DNA from: an uncultured virus (IMG/VR IMGVR_UViG_3300005239_004183)
Lineage: Duplodnaviria > Heunggongvirae > Uroviricota > Caudoviricetes
Direction: 5' to 3' (one strand)
Virus record (IMG/VR): IMGVR_UViG_3300005239_004183
DNA length: 20,000 nt
This document shows, piece by piece, positions 18,998 to 20,000 of this stretch. The number at the start of each line of letters is the position of its first letter. Positions within the stretch are counted from its first letter, which is position 1. The translations under genes and the position numbers were made by a program. The notes under the pieces were generated by a model. The model searched no databases, was not told the DNA's origin, and saw only the letters and a program-made list of their open reading frames with translations.

Positions 18998-19249
18998 ATG
19001 GTTAAAGAATTATCAGACCATTCTGATTCAGAACACTTCTCATATCATAGAGGCTGGCAAGATATTGAAGATATGTTAGAAAAAGCAGAATCAGTTATGA
19101 ATCATCATCATTCGGAATTTTTGAATACAAATAAAAATCAAAAAAAGAAAAAAATGTTTCACGCAAGAAACTATAAGGCACTACAAGGAGTAGTTAAAAC
19201 TTTAAGGTGGTGTCTTGGAGATAAAGATATTGAACACCCTCTTGATTAA
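18998..19249 (+). CDS. Hypothetical helical protein, 83 aa (start revised to ATG 18998)
   Basis: MVKELSDHSDSEHFSY...ARNYKALQGVVKTLRWCLGDKDIEHPLD. TATA spacing supports ATG 18998 over GTG 18977. Confidence 0.8.
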   Translation: MVKELSDHSDSEHFSYHRGWQDIEDMLEKAESVMNHHHSEFLNTNKNQKKKKMFHARNYKALQGVVKTLRWCLGDKDIEHPLD

Positions 19250-19260
19250 ATTAACATAAG

Positions 19261-19334
19261 TGGAGTTGAAGGGATTTGAACCCTTAGCCTCTTGGTTGCA
19301 AACCAAGCGTTCTTCCAAATTAAACTACAACCCC
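19261..19334 (-). tRNA. tRNA-Ala(UGC), intronless, CCA not encoded
   Basis: GGGGTTG TA GTTT AATTTGGAA GAAC G CTTGG TTTGCAA CCAAG AGGCT AAGGG TTCAAAT CCCTT CAACTCC A: full cloverleaf, anticodon TGC, G3:U70 Ala identity pair, discriminator A73, followed by CTT. Confidence 0.95.
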
Positions 19335-19335
19335 G

Positions 19336-19758
19336 TTAATTAAGATTAGGAGTTGATGGCTCCCATCCAGACAATGTTTCTGCTTCAAAGTTTTCTTCTT
19401 CTGTATCAAACCATGTGAAACAAGAATATCCAACATTGTTTAGAATAGAAATTAAATCATTTCTAATATCTCCCGAATAAGATTGAATGAGCCAATAAAT
19501 ATCAGAAGCATCCCACCCATCCTTTGAAATATCAATACCTATGTTTTGTAAAGCACCAACTATTGCATTAGAATTTTCAACAAAAGTCCCTCCTAAATCA
19601 TTATCATTATTATAATCCTTAGTATCATGAGGATATATTGAAATATTTCCAAAACCCATGAACAAAAGCCCAACATCTTCAACACTCCAACAATCAATAG
19701 TATTTTGATGAGGTTCAAGGGCTTTAGTCAAAACATCAGTAAGATTTACGACAGTCAT
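19336..19758 (-). CDS. Hypothetical acidic protein, 140 aa (start revised to ATG 19758, MTVVNL)
   Basis: TATAAATAG (19780-19788) ends 21 nt before ATG 19758. The stop lies 1 nt from the tRNA 5' end. Confidence 0.8.
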   Translation of the reverse strand: MTVVNLTDVLTKALEPHQNTIDCWSVEDVGLLFMGFGNISIYPHDTKDYNNDNDLGGTFVENSNAIVGALQNIGIDISKDGWDASDIYWLIQSYSGDIRNDLISILNNVGYSCFTWFDTEEENFEAETLSGWEPSTPNLN

Positions 19759-19811
19759 AATTAAGCATTTACTCAACACCTATTTATAGTTTTACAATTA
19801 AAAATAATAAA

Positions 19812-19836
19812 GATACTTTAAGAATCTTTAAGTATC
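19812..19836. repeat. Imperfect inverted repeat overlapping a TATA box (candidate operator)
   Basis: GATACTTTAAG-AAT-CTTTAAGTATC, with 10 of 11 arm positions complementary. The right arm contains TTTAAGTAT, 21 nt before ATG 19857. Confidence 0.5.
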
Positions 19837-19856
19837 AAATTGAAATATCAATTAAT

Positions 19857-20000
19857 ATGAAAGACTTATCAAACCTATTACCTTTTGGAATTATAGGTGC
19901 ATTAACCTTGATGGTTGCAAATGATAATAGAGTTTTCAATGCAGACAATAGATTCAAAGGAGTAAGTTTCAATATCGGTGATGATGAAAATAAAACAGTA
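19857..20000 (+). CDS. Partial hypothetical protein with an N-terminal hydrophobic segment
   Basis: MKDLSNLLPFGIIGALTLMVANDNRVFNADNRFKGVSFNIGDDENKTV..., open to the window end, with a TATA box at the standard spacing. Confidence 0.75.
   Translation, partial: MKDLSNLLPFGIIGALTLMVANDNRVFNADNRFKGVSFNIGDDENKTV

Noticed and set aside
19261..19334. tRNA as an integration (att) site
   Set aside because: No integrase and no duplicated tRNA 3' end in the window.
1..20000. CRISPR array, IS element or long tandem repeats
   Set aside because: None seen in the sequenced parts. Intergenic regions are very short, and gap content cannot be assessed.

Overview
AT-rich, gene-dense, almost entirely minus-strand window with six N gaps (scaffold gaps of uncertain length). 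It most likely comes from a large archaeal virus or other extrachromosomal element. Support: archaeal-type PCNA and a short ERCC4/XPF nuclease, archaeal TATA boxes 20-21 nt upstream of most start codons (leaderless mRNAs), a class II (B12-type) ribonucleotide reductase, a bacterial-type class II CCA/poly(A)-like nucleotidyltransferase, tRNA-Ala(UGC) without encoded CCA, and many orphan ORFs. No virion hallmark gene is visible, so the viral origin is inferred. Most notable: (i) two tandem giant (about 1600 and about 1900 aa) collinear paralogs of unknown function with identical promoter boxes, followed by a C2H2 zinc-finger protein; (ii) a class II nucleotidyltransferase whose catalytic motif is intact but whose nucleotide-selection motifs are altered, possibly with a long C-terminal extension; (iii) a PCNA split by a frameshift, probably two homopolymer errors; (iv) features missed by the ORF track, namely an open frame at 1-836, a 27-aa membrane peptide, an ORF at 19857 and the tRNA.
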